Shown: positions 21,211-31,573 of the stretch, in pieces
Layout of the letters: each line of letters opens with the position of its first letter
Position numbering within the stretch: position 1 is the stretch's first letter
Assembly: GCA_963728405.1 (NCBI GenBank)
Contig: CAVSJV010000005.1
Location: forward strand, 192,001 to 256,000
DNA: 64,000 nucleotides
Direction of reading: 5' to 3'
DNA from: Methanomassiliicoccaceae archaeon
Lineage (GTDB): Archaea > Thermoplasmatota > Thermoplasmata > Methanomassiliicoccales > Methanomassiliicoccaceae
Notes under the pieces: generated by a model
Databases searched by the model: none
What the model was told of the DNA's origin: nothing
What the model saw: only the letters and a program-made list of their open reading frames with translations
Made by a program: the position numbers and the translations under genes

Positions 21211-21706
21211 TCGAGCCTAACTCTTGGCATTTCCTCAGAACCTCATCGTAGTTCGGCTCATCGGTCTGGGAGGTATCGTAGGAGATCCAAACGTAGCGCA
21301 TGACACCCTGCCGGTCAACGATGAAGACGGAGCGGCGAGACCGCCCTTTAAGATACCCTTCTTCGCCCATCAGCACCCCATACTCGTCGCTAACTCGCCC
21401 GTCGAAATCAGACAACAAGGGGAACGGCAGGTCGAGGTGGCTCTTCCAAGCGCTGTGAACGAACAGGCTATTGGTCGCTATGCCAACTATCTCTGCCCCG
21501 GCCTGCTTGAATTCATCGTACATGCTCTGGAGCTGCTTCATCTCTACCGAGCAGATGATGCCAAAGTCTCCGCTGTAGAAGACCAGGACGGCCGATCTGT
21601 CCTGCACCAGGTCAGATAGGTGTATCGAACCGCCGTAAGCCTCAGGAAGCTCAAAGTCCGGCGCCTTTTCTCCTACCATCGGTCCCGGTGTCATGACGCC
21701 CCACAT
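21161..21706 (-). CDS. Peroxiredoxin (AhpC/TSA, AhpE/BCP-like)
   Basis: APDFELP, FYSGDFGIICSVE, LPFPLLSDF, RSVFIVD. Confidence 0.85.
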   Translation of the reverse strand: MWGVMTPGPMVGEKAPDFELPEAYGGSIHLSDLVQDRSAVLVFYSGDFGIICSVEMKQLQSMYDEFKQAGAEIVGIATNSLFVHSAWKSHLDLPFPLLSDFDGRVSDEYGVLMGEEGYLKGRSRRSVFIVDRQGVMRYVWISYDTSQTDEPNYDEVLRKCQELGSISERVPADRIPGSSTP

Positions 21707-21903
21707 GATGAGGATGAGACGTATAAGCCATTGCCGCAGATAATTATCTATAATAATATATTATATGATGGCCGTTGGGTCTCGTTCGATGACGGGTCGA
21801 GCTCCTTCTGGATCGCCGCCCCACTCGTCCCGGTCGCGCTGGGAGACGCGGTGTCGGCATCGACAATTCTGGCCCCATGGTCGAGAAGAAAATGGGAAAG
21901 GGT

Positions 21904-23481
21904 TTAGCCCGCCCCTATTGTCTCTTTTATGTCCTCGTTGGACTGGGCCCCCATCGCGATGCCGACCACCAAGGAAGCTATGGCCAGCGGGAGGCCGATG
22001 ATCAAGGGGTCGATGACGTTGAAGGGCGCGCCCAGTAGGGTCACTTGCCCGAACAACGCCTTGCAGATGCCCAGCTGGGATGCTTCGGCCGTGTGGACGA
22101 ACACGGTCCACAGGAACCAAGAGACTGCTCCGGTCATCAGGCTGAGCTTTGCTGGGAACGCCGCTGGATGCTTGCTATACAGGGCATAGGTGAGCGCTGG
22201 AAGGAAGGAACAGGCGCACAGGCCCATGAACATCGCGGTGGCCCGGGCGATGATGTTGAGCGGCATCACGAAGGCCAGCGCAACGCTGATCACGATCATG
22301 ATGATCGTCCCGATCTGGGCCACCTTCTTGGAGGGATGTTCTCTCTTAGTGATGTGCTTGTATAGATCGTAACCGGCAGTGGTGCCCATGGTGTGGAACA
22401 GCGAGCTCAGCGTGCTCATGGCCGCCGCCAATAGTACGAGCAGGAAGGTCACGATGAACAGCTCGGGGGTAGCGGAGTTGATGAACAACGGTATGATGTT
22501 GTCGACGTTCTTACCCGCTGCATCGTAAGCGATCATTCCGGTGTTGTTCCAGAACCAGACGTTGGTCAGCGCTCCAACGGTGAAGGCGACGCCGGTCATC
22601 ACCAGCAGGAACGGTCCGCCTATCGCTACGGCTCGGTAGATGGACCGGTCGTCCTTAGCGGTCAGGAACCTGACGGAGAGCTGGGGCTGGGCTAGCACCC
22701 CGATCCCAACGCCCATGACGATGGTCGTCACCAGGGTGTACCAGGTCGTGGAACCCAGATCGGGCATGGAGGTCCAGGCGTGCAGGCCCCCGCTTTGCAT
22801 GAAACTAGGGATCTGCGGGGAGAGATTGGACAGGGCAGCGAATCCTTCTCCGATGCCGCCTACAGCGATGAAGGTGAGGACGAGCAGGATGGTCATGCCG
22901 AAGAGCATCAGGATGCCCTGCATCGCATCGGTGTACATGACCGCGATGAGGCCGCCGAACACGACGTAGGCCGCAGTTATCACGGCGAACCCGATCAACG
23001 CCAGGCTGTAATCCATCCCGAAGGTGGTCCTGATGAAAGTGGCCCCACCGATGATGATGGCGGCGCAGTACAGGGGCATGGCGATGATGATCATCGCGCC
23101 GGTGGTGTACTGCATGAACGGCGAGTTGAAACGCTTTCCCAGCAGATCAGGGAAGGTAATGGCGTTGAGCTTCTGTCCGATCTCACGGGTCTTCTGCCCG
23201 AAGACGATGAAGGCGATAAGAACGCCCATGCCGATGCACAGGACGGTGAGCCAGATCAGGCCCATGCCATAGAGGGCGGCCATGCCGCCAAAACCGACGA
23301 TGGCCGATGTGCTGATGAACGTTGCTCCGTACGATAGGGCCAGGACGATCGGGCTTACCTTCTTTCCAGCCACCATGTAGTCTTGGGCGCTCTTGGTCTG
23401 CTTGTATCCAAGATAGCCGAGGTAGAGCGTCACTCCAAGATAGAGGGCGGCGCAGAAGCCGAAAAGTAAGGTATTAACCAC
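21904..23481 (-). CDS. Sodium:solute symporter family protein
   Basis: About 13 TM segments; SYGATFISTSAIVGFGG, AAAMSTLSS. Confidence 0.92.
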   Translation of the reverse strand: MVNTLLFGFCAALYLGVTLYLGYLGYKQTKSAQDYMVAGKKVSPIVLALSYGATFISTSAIVGFGGMAALYGMGLIWLTVLCIGMGVLIAFIVFGQKTREIGQKLNAITFPDLLGKRFNSPFMQYTTGAMIIIAMPLYCAAIIIGGATFIRTTFGMDYSLALIGFAVITAAYVVFGGLIAVMYTDAMQGILMLFGMTILLVLTFIAVGGIGEGFAALSNLSPQIPSFMQSGGLHAWTSMPDLGSTTWYTLVTTIVMGVGIGVLAQPQLSVRFLTAKDDRSIYRAVAIGGPFLLVMTGVAFTVGALTNVWFWNNTGMIAYDAAGKNVDNIIPLFINSATPELFIVTFLLVLLAAAMSTLSSLFHTMGTTAGYDLYKHITKREHPSKKVAQIGTIIMIVISVALAFVMPLNIIARATAMFMGLCACSFLPALTYALYSKHPAAFPAKLSLMTGAVSWFLWTVFVHTAEASQLGICKALFGQVTLLGAPFNVIDPLIIGLPLAIASLVVGIAMGAQSNEDIKETIGAG

Positions 23482-23593
23482 TGCTTTCCTCTCCTCTATT
23501 CTTCTTTAACCAGCCATATAGGACGCAGACTGCCGCCAGCCCTATGGACAAGGCGTATCCGATAATAATCAGGGGGTCGTCGATACCCAGCAT
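23474..23593 (-). CDS. 39-aa single-TM symporter accessory protein (not in the ORF track)
   Basis: Manual translation MLGIDDPLIIIGYALSIGLAAVCVLYGWLKKNREEESSG*, overlapping the symporter start. Confidence 0.8.
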   Translation of the reverse strand: MLGIDDPLIIIGYALSIGLAAVCVLYGWLKKNRGEESSG

Positions 23594-23754
23594 ATGGTCA
23601 CCTGGTGAACGGGAGGACCTAAATCAATCCCCATATTTATAATATATGCTACATGGTAACAAGTAGCATACTAGCAAGTAGCAAGGCTGTAAAGCGAAAA
23701 GACACGCTGGACCAAACTATTAATCAATGTCGTCGTTCACATTTCGGTCTCACC

Positions 23755-24699
23755 ATGTCCGGCATGACGTTCACCAATCTGATCAACAAGGGTATGGGCC
23801 TGTATCGCGAAGGAAAGTTCTGGGAGGGGTACCTCCTGATGACCGATAACGCTGACCACATCCCGCGGAACGACGCCCAGGTGTACGACTTCCGGGTTTC
23901 CCTGGCCTGCTGCGCCGGTCGTCCTGAGCTGGGCCGTGCCTTACTGGAGGAGGCAGTGTTCGAGAAGGGGTGCTGGTACACCAGCAAGTACCTCCTTGAG
24001 GACGAGGACATCGAGCCGGCGACCGAACTGCCTGGATTCCTGCGGTTGCTGGACGTCTGTGCGGAGCGGGAGAAGGAAACGAAGGCCCAGTCGAGAAGCA
24101 AGCTTTTCTTGGTCAAAGGGAAGGAGACCGGCGAGCGGAAACCGCTCATCATCATGCTTCACGGCAACATGCAGAATGCAGCCATCGCGCAAGAGGACTG
24201 GTCCGCCGCCACCGATGCCGGCTTTGATATGGCGTTCGTTCAATCCTCGCAGGTCTCCTTCTACGAAGCGTTCGTCTGGGACGATCTTGAGACGGGCGTA
24301 AAGGACCTGAATGCCGCCTATGGGGCGTTGAAGGCCCAGGGGGAGCTGGAAGGTCGTGAGGTCATTCTCGCCGGTTTCTCGGCGGGGGCCCGTTTGGCCC
24401 TTCATGTGGTCCTGAACGACCTCATCGATGTCAAGGGAGCGATCCTGGTCGGTCCCTGGCTACCGGAGATCGAGGACTGGTTGCCCAAGGTCGACACCCT
24501 GTCGGGAAAGGGCATTTTCACCCTCATCGGTGACCAGGACACTGAATGCCTGCCTGGAACGAAGATGCTGGCCGATGCACTTGACCGCGTTCAGCTGCCC
24601 AACCTGCTGCACATCTCCAAGGGCATTGGTCATGACTACCCACAGGACTTCGGCAGCATCCTGTCCTTGGCCGTTCAAGTCGCGACCGGGCGCATATGA
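23755..24699 (+). CDS. Alpha/beta hydrolase with helical N-terminal domain
   Basis: LHG oxyanion motif, GFSAG nucleophile, GDQD, GH. Confidence 0.85.
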   Translation: MSGMTFTNLINKGMGLYREGKFWEGYLLMTDNADHIPRNDAQVYDFRVSLACCAGRPELGRALLEEAVFEKGCWYTSKYLLEDEDIEPATELPGFLRLLDVCAEREKETKAQSRSKLFLVKGKETGERKPLIIMLHGNMQNAAIAQEDWSAATDAGFDMAFVQSSQVSFYEAFVWDDLETGVKDLNAAYGALKAQGELEGREVILAGFSAGARLALHVVLNDLIDVKGAILVGPWLPEIEDWLPKVDTLSGKGIFTLIGDQDTECLPGTKMLADALDRVQLPNLLHISKGIGHDYPQDFGSILSLAVQVATGRI

Positions 24700-25150
24700 T
24701 CGGGAGAGATCCGGTGGACCGGACCGGCTACCCGGTCAGTCTTTCAGGTACCCCATGGGCCAACCGTACGAAGAATCAGATGAGCGATCGTACTTTACAG
24801 CACCTTCTTTCGTCAAGGTGAGGTCTCCATCGACCGGGTCGACGTTCCTTCCGATTCCTATGGGCCACGATCACCTCGTCGTCACAGACCTACTTTCATC
24901 GGACCCTCGCTCCAGGCCTGGTCGATAGGGGCGATCATCTATCAATACGCGAGGAGTAGGTACAGCAGGGGGCGGCCAACAGCAGGGATTGGGCCCCGGC
25001 CCTGGGCACACCGGTGGTTCTGACCGCGCATTCCTCCTCGCACAATTCATAGTTGGTCCGAAGGAGAACGAAGGGAGGGAAGAACTAGGGAGCTAAGCCT
25101 CACTTCTTCCGAACGGCGATGGGGCAGGTCAACGCAGCCGTAGGCTTCGC

Positions 25151-25567
25151 TTATCCCTTCCCCATCCATTTGACCTTGAGCGCATGGGTGAAGTTCACGT
25201 GCTTAGCTAGATTATAGGAGAAATCATCGAAAGCGAACCCCCTTACCATTTCGCCGCAGAAGGGACATCGCACCGCCTGGGGAACATCCTCCCCCGGCAG
25301 GCGCCTTTCCACTGGACCATGGGACTCTTTGATCGCCTCGTCTTCGAAGGAAAGAGGAGAGAGGTCCTCCTCCCTGACCTCGGTCCACGGATCCTTCCCA
25401 TGATCGGGGGTAGCAGTCCTGCTTCCTAGATCACAGAGGTCCTTGATCTCATGCACATCACGCATATGGACCTGCAGCGTTAGGCTGAGGTCGACGATCC
25501 CCTCTCCCGTGATCTTCTGATTACATAGCGGACATAGTACATCGGTCAATGGCGAACCCTCTAGCAT
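25151..25567 (-). CDS. Hypothetical protein with two CxxC...HxxxxH zinc-binding motifs
   Basis: CPLC...HMRDVH and CPFC...HVNFTH. Confidence 0.7.
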   Translation of the reverse strand: MLEGSPLTDVLCPLCNQKITGEGIVDLSLTLQVHMRDVHEIKDLCDLGSRTATPDHGKDPWTEVREEDLSPLSFEDEAIKESHGPVERRLPGEDVPQAVRCPFCGEMVRGFAFDDFSYNLAKHVNFTHALKVKWMGKG

Positions 25568-25609
25568 GTAAAAAAGGGTGCTCTCCTGATAAAAAATGAA
25601 CCCTTTGTC

Positions 25610-26285
25610 CTAAGCCACGGCCCGTAGCAACTTAACCGCCTCCTCCTCAGTGAGGTCATGCCATCGTTTGTAGGCGTCCGCCACGGCGAAAGGAGGCGAG
25701 CGGACGTTAAGGCAGAACAGCTCATCGACGTATCCAGCGATCATTTTGGCCGTATTGCCCGAGCCGGTCGGAACCGCTACCACGATCTTTTTAGGACGAT
25801 CGACACTCACCCTTTTAATAGCCGCCAGCATGGTGTAGCCCGATGCGAGCCCATCATCGACGAGGATGACGACCTTTCCGTTCAAGGAAGGAAAGGGCCG
25901 GTCGCCCCTCAAGGCCCGGTCCCGGGACCGACCCGCTTCGATGGCCCTCTTTTTTGCTAGTTCGACTGTCCGCTGCCGTGAGCCCCAGCTCCGTCATCAG
26001 ATCATCGTTCAGTATCAGGCCTCCGTTAAGGTCCACCGCCCCGAATCCCGCTTCCGGCTCATAGGGTATCTGTAACTTACGGACGATGACCACGTCCATA
26101 GATAATCCGAGGCCCTTCGCTATCTCGGTCCCGACCGGGATGCCTCCCGATGGTATCGCCAGGACGATAGCATCGGCCCCCCTGTATGGACTTAGGAAGC
26201 GGACCAGCATCCTGCCGGCATCGGTCCGGTCCTCGAAGACGAATCGCTTATCCCGGTACCTCGGCTCCTCTACGATCATGCCCAT
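25610..26285 (-). CDS. Phosphoribosyltransferase family protein; frameshift(s) near 25930-25980
   Basis: FEDRTDAG, AIPSGGIPVG, VRKL..P; second frame VILVDDGLASG. Confidence 0.85.
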
Positions 26286-26452
26286 AATATCGATCGGACG
26301 TTCATTTGGTCCACACCATTATAAAATGGATATCTAGCGCCCTGGGGGTTACAATGCCGGGAAGGACCTAGTTCGGCAGCCTAACGAATGATGGGGCAGT
26401 TGAGCTATGCAATATGGGAACTGTTGAAATTAGATTATTATTTACTATAATG

Positions 26453-26600
26453 GATGGTGATCGGTCTGCCCGAACTTAAGCCCCTGGCCATCTAGATGGC
26501 CTCATTATCTTAGTCAAAGCTCTAGGATAGAACTTTAGCTCCTTACTCGGTAAAACCTCCTTCTTCTTTTTCTTTTTAATAACTGCTGCTCTCCTGTTCT
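26453..26600. repeat. Repeat copy A: decayed tRNA-Pro 3' end plus ~130 bp flank shared with copy B
   Basis: GATGGTGATCGGTCTGCCCGAAC...CTCATTATCTT...GAACTTTAGCTCCTTACTCGGTA...CTCTCCTGTTCT aligns with 29586-29734. Confidence 0.85.
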
Positions 26601-26924
26601 AACACTCAAGACAGCTGTTTGGCTTCAATAACATGACATTAAACAGGAATGTGATTGCCATGGGGGCCTAATGATATCAAGTATCTTGAAGATGACTGGC
26701 TAAAGAAATAAATTTCCTTAAACAGAAAATAGTGGGCTGCGGACACGAAAAGTAAGAAGGAACCAGACCCCCCCTCCTTTCTTCATCAAATAGCTGTAAA
26801 GTAGTGACATATTCATTAATGAAAGAGGGAAGTAGTTTCGCAGCCCATTTCCTTGTTGCGCACCTTCACCTACCATTTTTGCGGTGGAGAGGTTACCGGC
26901 ATTGTCGTCCTCTTGATCTGGGCC

Positions 26925-27791
26925 TCAATTCTCCATTATGTGCACGATCGCCAGCCGCCAGGCGATACCTTCCGCGCCCAAGCTCGTCCAATAGCACTCT
27001 TTGTCGACCGTCGTCTGCGAGCTCAGGCTTATAAAGTAAGAGTAAGTGCCAAAGCCCGTGGACTCATTGACCATTCTCCAACCAATCGCCTGCACCTGCG
27101 GGAAGGCTTGGTAGTCCGGACCGTAGATGATGTTCATGCCGATCTGCGACGCATCGGCGTCATAGATCTCCACGCCATCGGACTGCATGCACCAGTAGGT
27201 AAAACCCGTACCGGCCACAAGCTGCGGCAGAGTGGCATTCATAAGAGCGCTGACATTATAGAGAGTGCTCACCGCGCCGATGAACTTGCCTTCATTGTCG
27301 AACACGGGACAGGCATACCCAGAGCCGCGTTCGATTCCCCGAGATTGGAAGGTATTGCTCATTGTGGGGACCTTGTACAAAAGGAGCTCGGCGGTCTTGT
27401 TGCCACCGCTCAGGTCCACGCCTTCGAGATAGCTGTACTGTGCCGGCTCCACAGCCTGCACGATGCCGTTCGTATCGAATGTCAAGATGTCGATGGCGAA
27501 GGGATTGAGCGCCAAGGTATGATTGATCTCATCTCGCGCCATCGTTCCGTTCAAGCCGGTCGCGCGCAACTGGAGGGCGAGGTCGTAAGTGAGGTTTCTT
27601 ACCATACCTATCTCTTCTTCGACCGCCGTCCTTCCCTTGTCCAAAATGGTGTTCATCTGCAGCTTTGTGGAGGAAGCTGTGCTATCCTTGCTCAGCTGTG
27701 CATCGGAGGTGAGCAGGACAACGGATACCGAGGTGGCAATGAGAAGGACCACTACCAAGATGGCCAAGAGCGCTTTAGCGCGGGTTATCAT
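26925..27791 (-). CDS. Membrane-anchored extracellular Cache-like domain protein with no output domain
   Basis: N-terminal TM helix; GYACPVF..GKFIGAVS, DGVEIYD..QIGMNI, W-R-L C-terminal strand. Confidence 0.75.
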   Translation of the reverse strand: MITRAKALLAILVVVLLIATSVSVVLLTSDAQLSKDSTASSTKLQMNTILDKGRTAVEEEIGMVRNLTYDLALQLRATGLNGTMARDEINHTLALNPFAIDILTFDTNGIVQAVEPAQYSYLEGVDLSGGNKTAELLLYKVPTMSNTFQSRGIERGSGYACPVFDNEGKFIGAVSTLYNVSALMNATLPQLVAGTGFTYWCMQSDGVEIYDADASQIGMNIIYGPDYQAFPQVQAIGWRMVNESTGFGTYSYFISLSSQTTVDKECYWTSLGAEGIAWRLAIVHIMEN

Positions 27792-28126
27792 GTCCGCCCG
27801 AACGCCTTTCGCGGTAATGAAGCCTAAGACTGCCGCCCCTGCTCCCACATGGCCTACTCGTAGAACGACGTCCCGACAAAGCCTCGGTGGATGTCCGCTT
27901 GAACACCACCAATTGACCACGGACAAACGGAAGGTCAATACCTAACGATCGAAGCGCACGAGCCGTCGCACCGTAACGCCGAAGGCATGAGGACGGAGCG
28001 CGGGTCGATAGATGAAGCAATGGTTCTTCGCTAGCAAGAAGCTAAGTGATCTGGGCGGGGAGGCGCTGGTAATAGTGTCCGACACCCCCTAATGACAACA
28101 GATTTGTGATGTCTGGATATAGATGA

Positions 28127-28144
28127 TGGCGGGTCTGCCTGGAC
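28127..28144. repeat. Copy C of the decayed tRNA-Pro 3' end (att-like)
   Basis: TGGCGGGTCTGCCTGGAC versus tRNA TGGTGGGTCTGCCCGAAT. Confidence 0.6.
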
Positions 28145-28546
28145 CGGTAACGCCACCCATCCATATGGTATTTAATTCGCAGCAATAACTCCCTTTTCGG
28201 CGTTTCTTGAGCTGAAGCCCATCCCTTATCCAACCCAACGAGATGGCGGTCGATCTTCTCGAGCTGAAAGCTGGCCATAAGCATCGATCCGGAACTCATC
28301 ATAATTGAGTTCGGAGTGAGAATGTCGGTCATGATTTGGTTGGGGCTAGGGTTGTTGCTGGCTGATGTATTCTTATTGCTTGGGTCATAGATCTCCTTGT
28401 AAGGGTTGAACTACTCCCCTCCTTTCCTATGCGATACTCTTCGCTTTCAAAGGAACGGCACGCAGCGAAGTTTAACCCACTGTGTCCCCGAGATGCTTGT
28501 GGCCTAGCACTGACCATGCCACTTTTCGTGGTATAGCGACTGACAA

Positions 28547-29368
28547 CTAGTGGCGGAGGAGCCATCGGAAAGCGTGCTCGATGAACTCCTTGCCGTCATG
28601 CTCAATGCAGCGGCCATGCGCGATTATCACCTTATCAAAGTCCCACGACAGCAGCCTCTCAAGCGACTCCCTCGCCCGATCTCGGTCAATGAAGGACATC
28701 TCGATGTCGAGGGGCACGCCGCCGTAGGGATACGCAACACCGGCGACCCTGAGCAACCTACTACGGAGGCGTTTGCCATCAGTCCGATGGCTGATCTGTA
28801 TCAGGTCGTCCAGGATTAGGGTCCTGGACCCCCTATGAAAGAAGATCACCTCCTCGATCAGAGGATTGCCCCTAAAGACCATCTGGTCGATGTCTCTTGC
28901 CCAGCCTGAGGCTGGAAAGTCGCCCAGGGTTCCCGTGAGCGGCAATCCTCTCTTTCCCAGCACCATGGCGCCTCTGAATCTGCCCTTGGTTTGAGGGGGC
29001 CCCCATAGCTCCGCCTCTGGGAACAGCGTATGCCACGACTCTAACCTCCATAGGTGTCTTGGCGTCCCTGCCACGATGTATCTCACTGGTCCCAGTGACC
29101 CAAGGTATTGCAATGTGCTGAAAGACAAAGGAACAGGAGAATCCACCCAGAGGGCGCCGCCATCGAGCTTGACGGCAACCATCCGGGTTGTGAATGGCAA
29201 TCCCATATCATGGACTATCGGGCCTTCAAATACCCATAGGTCCTTCGAGAACTCGCGCACATGATACTCTCGGTTCTTCGCGATAATAAATCTCCCGACT
29301 GCCTTGCGGGCATAACATGTCGATCGCTCCCCCTCCACCCGCGCCCAGATGATAAGGTCGCGCAACAA
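28547..29368 (-). CDS. DUF4336-family protein (MBL-like); true start probably near 29260
   Basis: FTTRMVAVKL..LWVDSP, GPVRYIVA..H, EVIFFH..TLILDD, WDFDKVIIAHG. Confidence 0.78.
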   Translation of the reverse strand: MLRDLIIWARVEGERSTCYARKAVGRFIIAKNREYHVREFSKDLWVFEGPIVHDMGLPFTTRMVAVKLDGGALWVDSPVPLSFSTLQYLGSLGPVRYIVAGTPRHLWRLESWHTLFPEAELWGPPQTKGRFRGAMVLGKRGLPLTGTLGDFPASGWARDIDQMVFRGNPLIEEVIFFHRGSRTLILDDLIQISHRTDGKRLRSRLLRVAGVAYPYGGVPLDIEMSFIDRDRARESLERLLSWDFDKVIIAHGRCIEHDGKEFIEHAFRWLLRH

Positions 29369-29585
29369 ATGGTCGGTTGAGATAGCGACGAAGTAGCTCG
29401 GGCATTCGGGACCGGATGAGACACGCCCCTTCTATGCGCAACTTCAGAGGGATGTGTTCTACGAAGAGCAGGACAGGATGCTCATGATGGGGGGTAGCTA
29501 ACAGTCCAATGCCGCCCCTTCGAGGTCAATCCAGATAGAACATATTTTCTATATACACATGAAGATAATGGTGCTGGATGAGAGT

Positions 29586-29734
29586 GATGGTGGGTCTGCC
29601 CGGACTTCCACCACTGACTAGCCAGATGTCTCATTATCTTGGTCAATGGTATTAGGATGGAACTTTAGCTCCTTACTCGGTATAACCTATTCCTTCTTTC
29701 TTTTTTCTTTGAAAAAGTAGTACTCTCCTGTTCT
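29586..29734. repeat. Repeat copy B: tRNA-Pro 3' end (15-bp exact) plus flank shared with copy A
   Basis: TGGTGGGTCTGCCCG (29588-29602) is identical to 33614-33628; 23-bp exact GAACTTTAGCTCCTTACTCGGTA shared with 26530-26552. Confidence 0.88.
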
Positions 29735-29950
29735 CCCATTTCCGTCAATATTCTGGCAAAACAGAACAGGAACTTAACAGGATAATTGTCACTGTTCCTA
29801 CTGTTTATGGGCAAATAGCCCCATTAGGTGTTATGCCCGGATTGAAGAGGTTTTTCTCTCACCAAACGACCAAGGTTGCACTTTATCATAATAGATACTG
29901 ATATAACCCTCCACCAATAACGTTGATTCAATGCCTAGGAGGCGTCGACG

Positions 29951-31398
29951 GTGAGGAGCGCCAACTCAAAGAGGGCGGCCCTTCTAGGGTCGATCCTTTT
30001 TCCTCTGGTGCTGGCTCAGTTCGTGTGTAGCTACGCCGGCTCAAATATGAACTGTGGCGGTCAACAGTATTGCCAGTGACCTGGGCACGGACTGTGCACG
30101 GCGTCCAGATAGCCATTACTCTTTTCACGCTCACCATGGCCGCCTTGATGATCCCCGGCAGCAAGCTGACCGACATCTGGGGCCGCAAGTTCACTTTCCG
30201 AATCGGGCTCATCGTTTACGGCTTGGGTGCGCTGGTGGGGGCATTGGCACCTGGCATAGGCATCCTATACATCGGTTATTCGATTATGCAAGGTGTAGGA
30301 TCGGCCCTCTTGATCCCGCCGGTCTATATCTTGGCCACAGTGAACTACACTGGTACGGAATCGCGCGCGAAAGCCTTTGGAGGGATCAGCGCCGCGGGGG
30401 GGATCGGAGCTGCACTCGGCCCGCTAGTCGGCGGCTTCTTGACTACCGCGATCAGCTGGAGAGCTTCCTTCATCCTACAGGCCCTGATCGTTTTGCTGAT
30501 CTTCGTCCTGGCCCGCCGGATCTCCGATCCTGGCGTACAGGGTACCAAGCCCAAGCTCGATATTATTGGAACCATACTCTCGGCATCGGGACTATTCTTT
30601 GTGGTATTCGGTATCCTCGCAACGGGAACCTATGGATGGTTCTCAGCGACGGTCTGGATACTTGTTGCGATAGGCATGATCATTATTGGCCTCTTCTTCC
30701 TGCACATCCGGTCCGCGGAGAGAAAGGGGAAGTCACCGCTCCTCTCGGCCCACATATTCCGTAACCGCACCTCTAACCTCGGGCTGGTGACGCAGTTTGT
30801 CCAATGGATGGTACTTCAAGGGGCCTTCTATGTGATCTCTGTGTTCTTCCAAACCGTTCGCGGGTTCAGTGCGGTTTCGGCAGGCCTGATAGTTACACCT
30901 GCAACGATCGGCATACTGCTGACAGGCACGAGAGCGAGGAAGCTGGCTACGAGAACCACTCAGAGGAGGCTCATCCGCATCGGCTTCGTTCTGACCACTG
31001 TCGGTATGATCCTGGTGATATTGCTACCATACCTCGCATCGGGTGCAGTCACTGCCAGCGTGTGGTATTTCGTTCCAGGTCTGTTCCTGATGGGGCTGGG
31101 GATCGGGACCATGCTCACATCCTCCGTTAATGTCGTCCAATCGGCGTTTCCAGAGAAAGACCAGGGTGAGATCTCTGGCCTATCGAGGAGCATGTCGAAC
31201 CTGGGCTCTTCCTTCGGGACAGCGGTTGCAGGATCGATACTGATCACGACGATTCTCCCGGAGACCCAGACCTATGGGTTTGCGCTCATCGCGATCATCC
31301 TCGTTTCGATCGTCGGCCTGATCGCGGCAATCCTTATTCCTCGCGATAGTGCCGCCCGATCCGAAAAGAAAGTTGAGGAGGGTGAAAATGCGGCTTAA
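29951..31398 (+). CDS. MFS transporter (DHA2-like, 14 TM); two frameshifts near 30052 and 30090
   Basis: GSKLTDIWGRK motif A, GAALGPLVGG; N-terminal ILFPLVLAQFVCSYAGSNMN lies in a different frame. Confidence 0.85.
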
Positions 31399-31573
31399 GC
31401 ATGGGAAATGGTCGAGTAAATATGTCACTGCGACCTTCGATGAGAATCGGTTCGTGCCCTGGCTTGGTCTCACCCAGAGTAAGTCAAACATAGAACAAGT
31501 TGAAGCAGAAATGAAAACGATGGAGCTAATGAAGATGTGTTGTGCTAAGTCATCCAGGAGGCGATTGTGTTGA
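31388..31573 (+). CDS. Small hypothetical protein (61 aa) overlapping both neighbours
   Basis: ATG overlaps the MFS end and the stop overlaps the GH15 start, suggesting translational coupling. Confidence 0.4.
   Translation: MRLKHGKWSSKYVTATFDENRFVPWLGLTQSKSNIEQVEAEMKTMELMKMCCAKSSRRRLC

Noticed and set aside
24949-25150. SRP RNA or tRNA-Pyl in this intergenic gap
   Set aside because: No SRP helix-8 motif and no cloverleaf with a CUA anticodon.
29720-29750. Minus-strand peptide DGNGRTG resembling the Fic motif inside repeat copy B
   Set aside because: No preceding HPF, no open frame, and not conserved in copy A; likely chance.
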